64,000 bases of DNA from Minisyncoccia bacterium (GTDB lineage Bacteria; Patescibacteriota; Minisyncoccia; Phycocordibacterales; DATDWN01), in the NCBI GenBank assembly GCA_049297675.1, contig JBAQUS010000004.1, positions 13,188-77,187 of the forward strand, given 5' to 3'. The notes beneath the pieces were generated by a model. The model did not search any database, was not told where the DNA came from, and saw only the letters and a list, made by a program, of their open reading frames with translations. Positions 18,291 through 27,535 of the stretch are shown here, in pieces. Position 1 is the first letter of the stretch; each line of letters begins with the position of its first letter. A program made the position numbers and the translations under genes.

Positions 18291-19165
18291 TATTCTCCCT
18301 TAAGTTTATAGAACAACTTATTACCATACCTCAAATCAATGTATTGTACAGGCAAATCCCCATCATTAGTTAAATTCAGATCTGGAGTTTTTAGTAAAGC
18401 CTCGAGATTATCATAAACTTTGGTGAGCGACTCGGCTGTGTCAAAATATATCTCCGTTCCACCAGAAAGAGTTAATGTAAACTCACCATTATCATTTCCG
18501 ACTATGTATAACGGATTTAGAGATAGCTCTTTGATTTTTGAAACAAAAATGTTTATGTCCCTAAACAAAGTGCTAGATGCCATATACTCCTTTCCTAAGA
18601 TAGATTCACCTGAAATTATTCCGTAATACTTAAAATAAGCGTCCCCGGAAAAATTTGGTGCCATGGCAAAAATAGTGCTATTTTGATCAATGAAATAACA
18701 ATTCTCCAAACTAGCAACCTCACTTATCACACCTTCAATTGTAGCATTATCCCTTCCAGGAACTGTGTTGCACCAAATAGCATAGGGCTTTCTCTCTCTA
18801 ATACTGACTATAAGTGTTTTAAAACCAGTTAATGAGATATCAATTTCTTCAATCCTTTTAAATGATTCCTTTAAATGATTATTTAAACCAGTCTTTGAGT
18901 ACCAAAAAAAGTTGTCTTTTGGAAAAAGCCACAGGTATGATCCTTCCAGATATTCTTTTGATTTTTTTCCTACTTCCTCCTCTGTCACTAAAACACCCCC
19001 AGAAAGCTTGATCTTTGATATTCGAAATTCAGAACGATGAGATATGTAGGAGAAGGCAGAAATAAAAATAATGACAAGCAAAACAGAAAGTCCTAATTTT
19101 ATCTGTCTTTGTTTTCTTTTTTTTCTTAAATATTCCTCTCTGTGTGTTAAATTGCTTATTGGCAT
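18290..19165 (-). CDS. FtsQ/DivIB-like POTRA-domain cell-division protein
   Basis: Basic N-terminus, one TM, then FRISKIKLSGGVLVTEEEV, a POTRA-like start. Confidence 0.5.
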   Translation of the reverse strand: MPISNLTHREEYLRKKRKQRQIKLGLSVLLVIIFISAFSYISHRSEFRISKIKLSGGVLVTEEEVGKKSKEYLEGSYLWLFPKDNFFWYSKTGLNNHLKESFKRIEEIDISLTGFKTLIVSIRERKPYAIWCNTVPGRDNATIEGVISEVASLENCYFIDQNSTIFAMAPNFSGDAYFKYYGIISGESILGKEYMASSTLFRDINIFVSKIKELSLNPLYIVGNDNGEFTLTLSGGTEIYFDTAESLTKVYDNLEALLKTPDLNLTNDGDLPVQYIDLRYGNKLFYKLKGE

Positions 19166-19230
19166 GTGACTAATTTCAAATTTTAATGAGTGTTTTTTAG
19201 AAATTAAAAATTAGAAATTAGAAATTTAGA

Positions 19231-20502
19231 TTATTTTCTTGAAATAATTTTCCTCCCTCCCATGTAAGGCACTAGTACTTCAGGAATTTTTACGGAGCCA
19301 TCTGCCTGCTGATAATTCTCAATAATCATTATGAGTGGTCTACCAGAGAGAGCAGTATTGTTTAGAGAGTGAACAAATCTCATTTTCCCGTTGTCATCTT
19401 TGTAGCGAATATTTAGTCTCCTAGTTTGAAAATCATGGAAATACGAAGCTGAACCAGTTTCTCTATATGTATTCTCACTTGGAAGCCATACCTCGATGTC
19501 ATATTTTTTTACCTGACCTAATCCCAAATCACCTCCACAATTTGCTACAACATGATAAGGAAGTCCGAGTACTTCTGTCATTTCTTCAGTATTTCTTTGA
19601 ACCTCCTCATGTAATCTTACTGACTCCTCGTGACTTGCTTCACACAAAACAACCTGCTCAAACTTGTAAAATTCATGGACTCTTAGAATTCCTTTTGTAT
19701 CTTTTCCATGACTCCCCGCTTCTCTTCTGAATGAGTCAGAAAATGACAAAAACTTCATGGGTAAACTTTTCTTGTCTATTACTTCGTCCATAAAATAACC
19801 CATTGTGGCAACCTCTGCAGTTCCTGAGAGGTATTCTCCATCTTGAGTTTTGTACAAATCCTCCTCTCCCTGTGGAATGTATCCAGTTCCTAGTAATAAT
19901 TCACGTTTTAAAAGTGAAGGAACGATCATCGGAGTAAATCCACTTTTTTTTGCAAAAAAATCTTGAACAAATCTCCACAAGGCAAACTGCAGACTTGCTC
20001 CATCGCCTTTCAAAAAATACCCTCTAAACCCAGCGATCTTTGTCCCTCTTTCCAAATCAAGCATATCTAAGTTTTGCATAATCTCAATGTGACTTTTGGG
20101 AATAAAATCAAACTTTGGAATTTCTCCCCAAACTTTAACTTCCTTATTATCTTTATCATCCAACCCTTCTGGCACAGAAATATCTGGAACGTTAGGAACT
20201 GCAATCATCAGAGTCTGCCATTCATGCATTACTGTTTTTAGTTCCTCCTCCTCTTTTTGCATTTCTTGCTTAAGTGATTGCATTTTTACAATCATCTCAT
20301 TTTTTTCATTTTCATTACTAATATTTACAATTTTTTGACTTACTTCATTTTGCTCTGAACGTTTTTTTTCAACTGAGGTAAGCAAATCCTTTCTTTTATC
20401 ATCAACTAAAATAAGTTTATCAACATCAAAATCAAGGTGTTTTTTTTTGGCACCCATAACCACTGTATCTTTATTTTCTCGAATAAATTTAATATCTAGC
20501 AT
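19231..20502 (-). CDS. serS: Seryl-tRNA synthetase
   Basis: N-terminal coiled-coil arm and class II motifs (FRREAGSHGKDTKGILRVHEF, GSASYFHDFQ). Confidence 0.9.
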   Translation of the reverse strand: MLDIKFIRENKDTVVMGAKKKHLDFDVDKLILVDDKRKDLLTSVEKKRSEQNEVSQKIVNISNENEKNEMIVKMQSLKQEMQKEEEELKTVMHEWQTLMIAVPNVPDISVPEGLDDKDNKEVKVWGEIPKFDFIPKSHIEIMQNLDMLDLERGTKIAGFRGYFLKGDGASLQFALWRFVQDFFAKKSGFTPMIVPSLLKRELLLGTGYIPQGEEDLYKTQDGEYLSGTAEVATMGYFMDEVIDKKSLPMKFLSFSDSFRREAGSHGKDTKGILRVHEFYKFEQVVLCEASHEESVRLHEEVQRNTEEMTEVLGLPYHVVANCGGDLGLGQVKKYDIEVWLPSENTYRETGSASYFHDFQTRRLNIRYKDDNGKMRFVHSLNNTALSGRPLIMIIENYQQADGSVKIPEVLVPYMGGRKIISRK

Positions 20503-20582
20503 GATTCTATCAGTTTAACAAAATTTCACTAATATGAGAACCCCCGCAGAGGTTGGTAGAAAATGAACATTCTCTACCAAAC

Positions 20583-20828
20583 TCATGCGGGGGAAAACAA
20601 ACGAAACAAAAACAGTAGTCCACCTGAAAAAATTAACCAGACAGTAAGACCGGCCAGTAGCGAGACAACTAGGCTTATCACTACGGCCATGCAACCCATT
20701 ACAACTGCCTGATTATCTCCTCTTGACATATACTCTCGACCCTCCTCAGAGCCGATTATGTTTCGCATCGACGCCACAAAAACCAGAATCGCCACTACTG
20801 ACAGAAAAATGTAAGCCTTGGGTTCCAT
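20583..20828 (-). CDS. Small two-TM membrane protein; GC-richer orphan
   Basis: GGAGG sits 5 nt upstream of the ATG (gaaggaggcagtATG). Nested GC-rich hairpins overlap the 3' end. Confidence 0.45.
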   Translation of the reverse strand: MEPKAYIFLSVVAILVFVASMRNIIGSEEGREYMSRGDNQAVVMGCMAVVISLVVSLLAGLTVWLIFSGGLLFLFRLFSPA

Positions 20829-20908
20829 ACTGCCTCCTTCTATATTTCAGCAGTTTTTAGTAATAAAATCAACTTCAAAGTCTCGGGAATTTGTGTACTA
20901 TTTAGTTC

Positions 20909-21763
20909 ATGATAATTAAGAACCTACCAAGAGAAGACTTTCCGCCCTTACTCCTCCAAATCAACGACCCGCCGAAGTCCTTGAGAATCGTCGGAGAATT
21001 ACCTAAAACCGAAAAATACTTGGCAGTGGTCGGCTCAAGAAAATACAGTGAGTATGGCAAAAATGTTTGTGAAAAACTTATCGAGGGACTTTCTGGATAC
21101 TCTATTACAATAGTATCTGGCTTGGCTCTTGGTATTGATTCAATCGGACACAGGTCGGCGATAAGAGCGGGACTCCCAACAATCGCTATCCCAGGGTCAG
21201 GTTTAGCAGAAGAAGTCCTGTATCCACACAGTCATAAAAATTTAGCAAAAGAGATCGTTGAGAAAGGCGGATGTTTGCTTTCTGAATTCCCTGATACTTA
21301 TCCATCTCTACCAAAAAATTTTCCTGAAAGAAACAGGATCATTGCTGGAATGTCACATGCTACCCTGGTTATTGAAGCGGAACTACAATCAGGTACACTC
21401 ATCACATCCAAACTAGCCACAGAATATAACAGGGACGTCTTTACAGTTCCAAATTCCATTTTTTCCAAAACATCTGAAGGTCCACACATGCTCCTGCGTC
21501 TTGGTGCAACACCAATAACACAGTCAGCAGATATTGTTTCAGCACTTGGGCTAACTCCCCACGATAACTTATTTCAAAAGAGAGATTATAAAAATTGTTC
21601 ATCTGATGAACATGAAGTCATTTCACTACTTTCTGAACCGTTTTCCCGCGATGAAATAATTCGTAAACTAGAAAAGCCTGTTTACGTAACTCAGACCATA
21701 CTAGCCACAATGGAGATCAAAGGACTAATAGAGGAAACAATGGGAGAAATACACTTAAAATAA
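20909..21763 (+). CDS. dprA: DNA-processing protein DprA (Smf)
   Basis: VVGSRKYSEYG ... SGLALGIDSIGH ... ERNRIIAG. Confidence 0.85.
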   Translation: MIIKNLPREDFPPLLLQINDPPKSLRIVGELPKTEKYLAVVGSRKYSEYGKNVCEKLIEGLSGYSITIVSGLALGIDSIGHRSAIRAGLPTIAIPGSGLAEEVLYPHSHKNLAKEIVEKGGCLLSEFPDTYPSLPKNFPERNRIIAGMSHATLVIEAELQSGTLITSKLATEYNRDVFTVPNSIFSKTSEGPHMLLRLGATPITQSADIVSALGLTPHDNLFQKRDYKNCSSDEHEVISLLSEPFSRDEIIRKLEKPVYVTQTILATMEIKGLIEETMGEIHLK

Positions 21764-21803
21764 ATTTCTAATTAACATAATTTCTAATTTCTAAATAAAA
21801 ACA

Positions 21804-22154
21804 ATGAACAACAACTCAAAATATGATCTCGAAGAGAGGACTGCAAAGTTTGGAGAAAATATAATAGTATTTTGTAAAGACTTGCCTAAAAATGAAATAA
21901 CCAAACCCTTAATCAATCAACTAATAAAATGTGGCACCAGTGTTGGTGCAAATTATTGCGAAGCAGACGATGCAGAGAGTAAAGCTGATTTTAAACATAA
22001 AATTGGAATTTGTAAAAAAGAAGCAAGAGAATCAAAACATTTCTTAAGAATGGTGGTTACAGCAGCACCAGAAACTAAATCGAGTGCAACAAAACTTTGG
22101 TTAGAGGCAAAAGAAATAAACTTAATTTTTAATTCGATATACAAAAAGTGCTAA
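21804..22154 (+). CDS. Four-helix-bundle protein (23S rRNA intervening-sequence / Avd family)
   Basis: LINQLIKCGTSVGANYCEADDAESKADFKHKIGICKKEARESKHFL is the family signature. Confidence 0.7.
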   Translation: MNNNSKYDLEERTAKFGENIIVFCKDLPKNEITKPLINQLIKCGTSVGANYCEADDAESKADFKHKIGICKKEARESKHFLRMVVTAAPETKSSATKLWLEAKEINLIFNSIYKKC

Positions 22155-22266
22155 TTGAGTATTGTGACTTATTTAGAAATTAGGTTAATTAGAAATTAGA
22201 AATTTAAATATAAATTTGCTTTTTATAATATTTTTCTGTAATACTTAGTAAACAAAATAAAATAGT

Positions 22267-24516
22267 ATGAAATTACTTATTGTCGAATCCCCTGCCAAAG
22301 CTAAAACCATTTCAAAATATTTGGATGGCAAATATAAAGTGGTCGCATCTGTTGGTCATATTCGCGATTTGCCAAAATCAAACAAAAAAGCCATCGACAT
22401 CGAGGGTGGGTTTATTCCGCATTACGAAATATCCAAAGGTAAAGAACGTATTGTAAAAGAACTCCATGATCTTGCAGACAAAGCAGATGAGATACTTTTG
22501 GCAACTGACCCCGACCGAGAAGGCGAAGCTATCGCCTGGCATATTGCCCAAGCCACAAAGCTCAAAAATCCGAAGAGAGTAGTTTTTAACGAAATCACTA
22601 AAGAGGCAGTGACTGAAGCGGTAGAGCATCCTAGAAAGATAGATATGAATCTCAAGGAAGCACAGGAAGCAAGGAGAGTCTTAGATCGCTTAGTGGGTTA
22701 CGACCTATCCGGACTTATTTGGAAAAAGGTTCGTTACGGTCTGTCAGCTGGTAGAGTTCAATCCCCTGCTCTTCGAATAATAATGGAGCGTGAGCGTGAA
22801 ATCCGAGCTTTCAAACCTGAAGATTACTGGGTTATCTCCGCCTTAGTTTCCCCTACTTCGGATATAGGGGAAAAATTCACAACAATATGTGAGGAAGAGC
22901 CGAGAGATAAGAAGGAGTTTGAAAAAATTGTTGAGCTTACGGAAAAAGCCGGAAAGGAAAAAAGATGGAGAGTTGTAGATGTTAAAGAAACTGAAGCCAA
23001 AAAAACTCCAAAGCCTCCTTTTATTACTTCAACACTTCAGCAGTCAGCTTCTTCGAGACTAGGATTTTCTCCATCGAGAACAATGGGTATCGCTCAGAAA
23101 CTTTATGAAGCTGGATATATTACATACATGAGAACAGACTCTACAAATCTTTCAAATCAAGCTCTGGGAGATATTGGTCAAACTGTTGAGAAAAAATATG
23201 GAAAGGAGTTTTTACAAATTAGAAAATATGCAACAAAAAGTAAAAACGCACAGGAAGCCCATGAAGCTATCCGCCCAACACACTTTAGTGTAGAAAACGC
23301 CGGTCACAACGAAGAGCAGATAAAACTTTACAAACTTATATGGCAGAGGACCTTATCATCACAGATGGTTGATGCACAAATGATAAGAACAAAAATTTCA
23401 ACTAACGTTCACAATACTAATATACGAATTAATGCGAATGAAACGAATGAAAGTCAAATTCCGGACTTTTCAATAACTGGTTCGAGAGTTAAATCACCTG
23501 GGTGGCTTTTGGCAGATCCAGCCTCTCGTGGTGAAGAAGTGGAACTACCAAAAGTAGTGAAAGATGAAAAATTAGATTTAATAAAAATAAATACTGAGGA
23601 AAAACAAACCGAGCCACCAGGAAGATATTCGGAGGCTGGGCTAGTAAAGGAGCTTGAAAAAAGAGGTATCGGCAGACCTTCTACGTACGCATCAATCATT
23701 AAGACTTTGGAGGATAGAGGTTATGTTGAGAAAATAAACAAAGCTTTAGTGCCAACAGATACGGGTGATGTGGTTTCGTCTTTTCTTGAGGACAACTTCC
23801 CTACTTATATAAGTGATGATTTTACGGCACACATGGAAGATGATTTAGATGAGATAGCTCTAGGTAAGAAAGAGTACATCAAAACTCTAAGTGATTTTTA
23901 TAAACCATTTTCTAAGGAAGTTAAGAGCAAAGAAAAAATGGATAAAGTCACAAACATGGGTGATGCTGATCCGAAAATGAAATGCCCAACTTGCGGAGAC
24001 TCTATGATAATAAAACTTTCCAGAAATGGAAAATTTTTATCGTGTTCTCGATATCCTGAATGCGAGGGAGCACTGACGATGGATGGATTAGAGATAAAGA
24101 AAGATGAACCAATTGGTATCGACCCTGAGTCAGGACTGCAAGTTTTTATTCAAGTCGGGAAATATGGTCCATATGTTCAGTTGGGTGAAAGGGTGAAAGG
24201 AAAAGGAAGCAAGAAAGCATTGAAACCCAGGATGGCAAGCATCCCGAAAGAGAAACCTCTAAACGAAGTATCAATGGAAGATGCTATGAAATATCTCTCT
24301 CTTCCAAAAGTTTTAGGTTCACACCCAGAGACTGGTGAGACCATTACTGCAAATATAGGTCGCTTTGGGCCTTACATAGCTCATAATACCAAACCTAAAG
24401 CTGACTTCCGTTCGCTTAAAGTGGATGATGTTTACGAAATCGAGCTTCCTCGAGCACTAGAAATTCTGAAGGAAGAGAAAAAAAAGCGTGGATTTTTGAG
24501 AAAAAAGAAAGCTTAG
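22267..24516 (+). CDS. topA: DNA topoisomerase I
   Basis: TOPRIM start MKLLIVESPAKAKTI, active-site region YITYMRTDS and a C-terminal CPTCG...CSRYPEC zinc ribbon. Confidence 0.95.
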   Translation: MKLLIVESPAKAKTISKYLDGKYKVVASVGHIRDLPKSNKKAIDIEGGFIPHYEISKGKERIVKELHDLADKADEILLATDPDREGEAIAWHIAQATKLKNPKRVVFNEITKEAVTEAVEHPRKIDMNLKEAQEARRVLDRLVGYDLSGLIWKKVRYGLSAGRVQSPALRIIMEREREIRAFKPEDYWVISALVSPTSDIGEKFTTICEEEPRDKKEFEKIVELTEKAGKEKRWRVVDVKETEAKKTPKPPFITSTLQQSASSRLGFSPSRTMGIAQKLYEAGYITYMRTDSTNLSNQALGDIGQTVEKKYGKEFLQIRKYATKSKNAQEAHEAIRPTHFSVENAGHNEEQIKLYKLIWQRTLSSQMVDAQMIRTKISTNVHNTNIRINANETNESQIPDFSITGSRVKSPGWLLADPASRGEEVELPKVVKDEKLDLIKINTEEKQTEPPGRYSEAGLVKELEKRGIGRPSTYASIIKTLEDRGYVEKINKALVPTDTGDVVSSFLEDNFPTYISDDFTAHMEDDLDEIALGKKEYIKTLSDFYKPFSKEVKSKEKMDKVTNMGDADPKMKCPTCGDSMIIKLSRNGKFLSCSRYPECEGALTMDGLEIKKDEPIGIDPESGLQVFIQVGKYGPYVQLGERVKGKGSKKALKPRMASIPKEKPLNEVSMEDAMKYLSLPKVLGSHPETGETITANIGRFGPYIAHNTKPKADFRSLKVDDVYEIELPRALEILKEEKKKRGFLRKKKA

Positions 24517-24549
24517 TAACTTTCCTTTAAAGTTATATAATTATATCTT

Positions 24550-25953
24550 GTGAATGATCTAAAAGAAATAACCTCTTTGATGCTAAATCCGACGGAGAAT
24601 GATATTTCTCTTGTCGAAAAAGCCTTTAGTTTTGCTAAAAAGGCTCATGAAGGTAGTATGAGAAAAAGTGGTGAACCTTATTTTAACCATGTTTTTGGCA
24701 CCGCGAAAAATATTGCTGAGATTGGCATGGGAGCTACCACAATAGCTTCTGGACTTTTGCATGACACTATTGAGGACACAAAAGTAACCGAGGAGGAAAT
24801 CGAGAGAGAATTCGGAAGTGAGATATTGTTCCTAGTTGAAGGTGTAACCAAGCTCGGTAAATTGAAATATCACGGTACTGAGAGATATAACGAGAGTCTA
24901 AGAAAGCTTTTTGTGGCAACTTCAAAAGATATTAGGGTTCTTATCATAAAACTCTGTGACAGGCTTAATAATATGCAAACTCTTTCTGCCATTCCGAAGG
25001 AGAAACAAATTCGTATTGCTAAAGAAACTCTTGAGATATATGCACCTATCGCCTACCGGCTGGGCATAAAGAAACTCCAGAGAGATCTAGAGGACACTTC
25101 TTTCGGCTACGTATATCCAAAAGAATATGAGGAAATAAAAAAGATTTTGAATGTAAAGAAGAACGAAGTCGAGAAACATCTTGATAAATTTCAAAAGTCA
25201 TTAAAAAAGGAGTTGGCAAAAAACGATATTACAGATTTTAAGATTGATTACAGAGTAAAAAGCCTATACTCACTTTATAAAAAATTACAAAAATACAAAT
25301 GGAATGTTGAATCAGTTTACGATATTTCAGCCATTCGCATAACTGTTCCAGAGATTTCCGATTGTTATAGAGTTTTAGGAGTAGTTCACGGATCATGGAG
25401 ACCACTTCCTGAGAGAATAAAAGACTACATTGCATCCCCTAAGCTAAACGGGTATAGATCGATACACACGACTATTTTCACAGGAGATGGTGGAATTATA
25501 GAGGTCCAGATCCGAACTGAGGAGATGCATAAGGAAGCGGAGTACGGTATCGCTTCTCATTTATCGTACAAGCAAGGAGGAAAATCCGCCACTGGCTGGA
25601 TAAAAGACTTGATAGAATATCAAAAAGAAGCTGGCGACGAATTCATTGAAAACATAAAGACTGACTTTTTCGAGGAGAGAATTTTTATTTTCACCCCCAT
25701 AGGAGACGTCATGGACCTACCCAAAGGCTCATCAGTTATAGACTTTGCCTATGCTGTTCACACTGATATTGGAGACCACATGTCGGGGGCAAAAATAAAC
25801 GGTAAATTTGTGGCAATCACTACCACGCTTCAAAACGGCGACAGGGTTGAGATAGAAACCAAAAAATCCGCCAAGCCAAGCTCCAAGTGGCTAGAGTTCT
25901 GCAAGACTACCGTTGCCCGTCGAAAAATCCAACATTCACTCGAGAGAAAATAA
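24550..25953 (+). CDS. rel: RelA/SpoT-homologue (p)ppGpp synthetase/hydrolase (HD + synthetase + TGS)
   Basis: GTG start. HD domain LLHDTIEDT, synthetase region GYRSIHTTI, and a TGS-like C-terminus. Confidence 0.85.
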   Translation: MNDLKEITSLMLNPTENDISLVEKAFSFAKKAHEGSMRKSGEPYFNHVFGTAKNIAEIGMGATTIASGLLHDTIEDTKVTEEEIEREFGSEILFLVEGVTKLGKLKYHGTERYNESLRKLFVATSKDIRVLIIKLCDRLNNMQTLSAIPKEKQIRIAKETLEIYAPIAYRLGIKKLQRDLEDTSFGYVYPKEYEEIKKILNVKKNEVEKHLDKFQKSLKKELAKNDITDFKIDYRVKSLYSLYKKLQKYKWNVESVYDISAIRITVPEISDCYRVLGVVHGSWRPLPERIKDYIASPKLNGYRSIHTTIFTGDGGIIEVQIRTEEMHKEAEYGIASHLSYKQGGKSATGWIKDLIEYQKEAGDEFIENIKTDFFEERIFIFTPIGDVMDLPKGSSVIDFAYAVHTDIGDHMSGAKINGKFVAITTTLQNGDRVEIETKKSAKPSSKWLEFCKTTVARRKIQHSLERK

Positions 25954-25961
25954 TCACTACA

Positions 25962-26042
25962 CAAAATTTCTTTCTCACTATTTATTTTTCCAGACCGCAT
26001 AAATCCTTGGTAGGATTTTGCTTAGCCTCGGCACTCTAAGAG
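25962..26042 (+). repeat. Conserved ~82-nt post-stop element, copy X1
   Basis: caaaatttctttctcac...tttttccagaccgcataaa-[hairpin]-ttgcttagcctcg...tctaaga. About four-fifths identical to 63919-64000 by hand alignment. Confidence 0.55.
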
Positions 26043-26278
26043 ACTCATCAAAGGATTACCTTTGTGATTCTCTAAAGTGCCTGCGGAGTCTTCCGAAGAG
26101 TTCACACTGACTACTGCGTCGGATATAAGACTTCGCATGCTAAACCTCCCTGTTCTTGCAAAAGGATACCAATCAAATCTAGTTTTGTCAAAAAATATTT
26201 TACAAATAAATAAACGAAGACTCCCATCGCTTGTTCACAATTGTGGCAAAAAATTCTCACAATGAGAACATGATGAAT

Positions 26279-26401
26279 AAAATCTCGTTGACTTGTAATT
26301 TTTTCAGAATATGTCGGAAGCCGAAGAGACCGAGACTTAAAGGAAAATTTCAGCAGAAATTTATCATGGTTCTGAAAAAATTATAAGGAAAAAGAGATTT
26401 T
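26279..26401. ncRNA. Candidate structured RNA or repeat, copy B (related to 5563-5688)
   Basis: Outer stems aaaatctc/gagatttt and ttgtaattttttcagaa/ttctgaaaaaattataa. The centre tcggaagcc..gagacttaaaggaaaattt cagcag aaatttatc is conserved with copy A. Confidence 0.3.
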
Positions 26402-26414
26402 GTAATTGAAGTTT

Positions 26415-27461
26415 TTATATGCTGAAGTTTTTGATGGAGTATAATTCTTCATCACTGCTATTTTCATCTCGAGACTTCTCTAGAGGTGTTCGGTCGTCCA
26501 TTTCCTTTAGGTCGCTTATAGTAAGGTCAACTGCAGTTGAGTCGTTAATATAGTTTGGAACATTTTCGTTTTTTGGGGGAATGGGATTTTCTACAATATG
26601 TTTATCTAACATTTCTGTGCCAGTCATTTTTTGATTGGATTTTATAAGTTCGAGAATTTGATGGAGGTCTTCGTTTGAGAAATAATCTATAAGAATTTTC
26701 CCGCCATTTTCTCTTTTCTCGATCGAAACCCTTGTTCCTAGTGTCTCTGTTAGTCTCTCTTCCATCTCCTGCGTTTCAGGATCTAGTGTAGCTCCCTTCT
26801 TTTTTATTTTGTCATAGGCAATCCTCCTACCAATTGCTTCGGTTTCCCTAACGGTCAATTTTTTATACATTATTTCCTTAAACAGTGTTTGTTGTTCGTC
26901 TGGTCTGTCACCCAGCATCATGAGGGGTCTTGCATGACCCTCTGTGATCTTGCCTTGAGAGATAGCATCTAGAATCTCCTTGGGAAGGGCTAAGAGCCTT
27001 ACGGAGTTTGAAACATATTCACGGCTCTTTCCAACTTTCTTGCCAATCTCATGGTGTTTAAAACCAAACTCATCAATAAGTCTTTGAAAAGCTCTGGCTC
27101 TATCAACAGGATTTAGATCCTCTCTTTGGATATTTTCTATTATTGCTAACTCAAGCTTCAATAAATCATTTTCTTCATCCCCTACTTTTATAAGTGCAGG
27201 CACTTGAGAAAGCCCGGCTATCTTCGATGCTCGAAGTCGTCTTTCGCCCGCTATGAGTTCATACTGAACATCGAGTCCTCCATCTTCTTTTTGAATCTCC
27301 TTTCGAGTGACAACGAGTGCTTGCAAAACTCCGTACTGCCTTATTGAATCTGCAAGAGACTGGAGTTCAGCTTCGTTAAATTCCCTTCTAGGTTGAAAGG
27401 GGTTAGGAATTATTTTGTCTACATCTATCCAGAAAATTGAATCCTTATAAAACTGGGACAT
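26415..27461 (-). CDS. parB: ParB/Spo0J partition protein
   Basis: LIAGERRLRASK ParB box, an HTH region and an acidic C-terminal extension. Confidence 0.85.
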   Translation of the reverse strand: MSQFYKDSIFWIDVDKIIPNPFQPRREFNEAELQSLADSIRQYGVLQALVVTRKEIQKEDGGLDVQYELIAGERRLRASKIAGLSQVPALIKVGDEENDLLKLELAIIENIQREDLNPVDRARAFQRLIDEFGFKHHEIGKKVGKSREYVSNSVRLLALPKEILDAISQGKITEGHARPLMMLGDRPDEQQTLFKEIMYKKLTVRETEAIGRRIAYDKIKKKGATLDPETQEMEERLTETLGTRVSIEKRENGGKILIDYFSNEDLHQILELIKSNQKMTGTEMLDKHIVENPIPPKNENVPNYINDSTAVDLTISDLKEMDDRTPLEKSRDENSSDEELYSIKNFSI

Positions 27462-27535
27462 AAAATAGTTAAAGTTTGTAAAGTTATAAAGTTTGTAAAG
27501 TTATGAGATCATTTTATCACATAAGAAAATCTGGC

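Noticed and set aside
21804-22154. The four-helix-bundle (Avd-family) gene as a marker of a diversity-generating retroelement.
   Set aside because: There is no reverse transcriptase and no template/variable repeat pair anywhere in the window.
19198-22205. The repeated aattagaaatt/tttctaa tracts as a CRISPR-like array.
   Set aside because: The units are 7 nt long and contiguous, with no spacers. The tracts are under 40 nt and AT-only. There are no cas genes.
26077-26265. A 62-aa ORF in the RSH-parB spacer.
   Set aside because: It starts inside long imperfect hairpins of the repeated non-coding element and has no SD. More likely structured RNA or DNA than coding sequence.
25954-26414. A chromosomal origin or parS site next to parB.
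   Set aside because: Only weak TTnTnCACA-like words are present (ttgttcaca, ttctcaca, tgtggcaaa). I found no consensus DnaA-box cluster and no TGTTTCACGTGAAACA-like parS.
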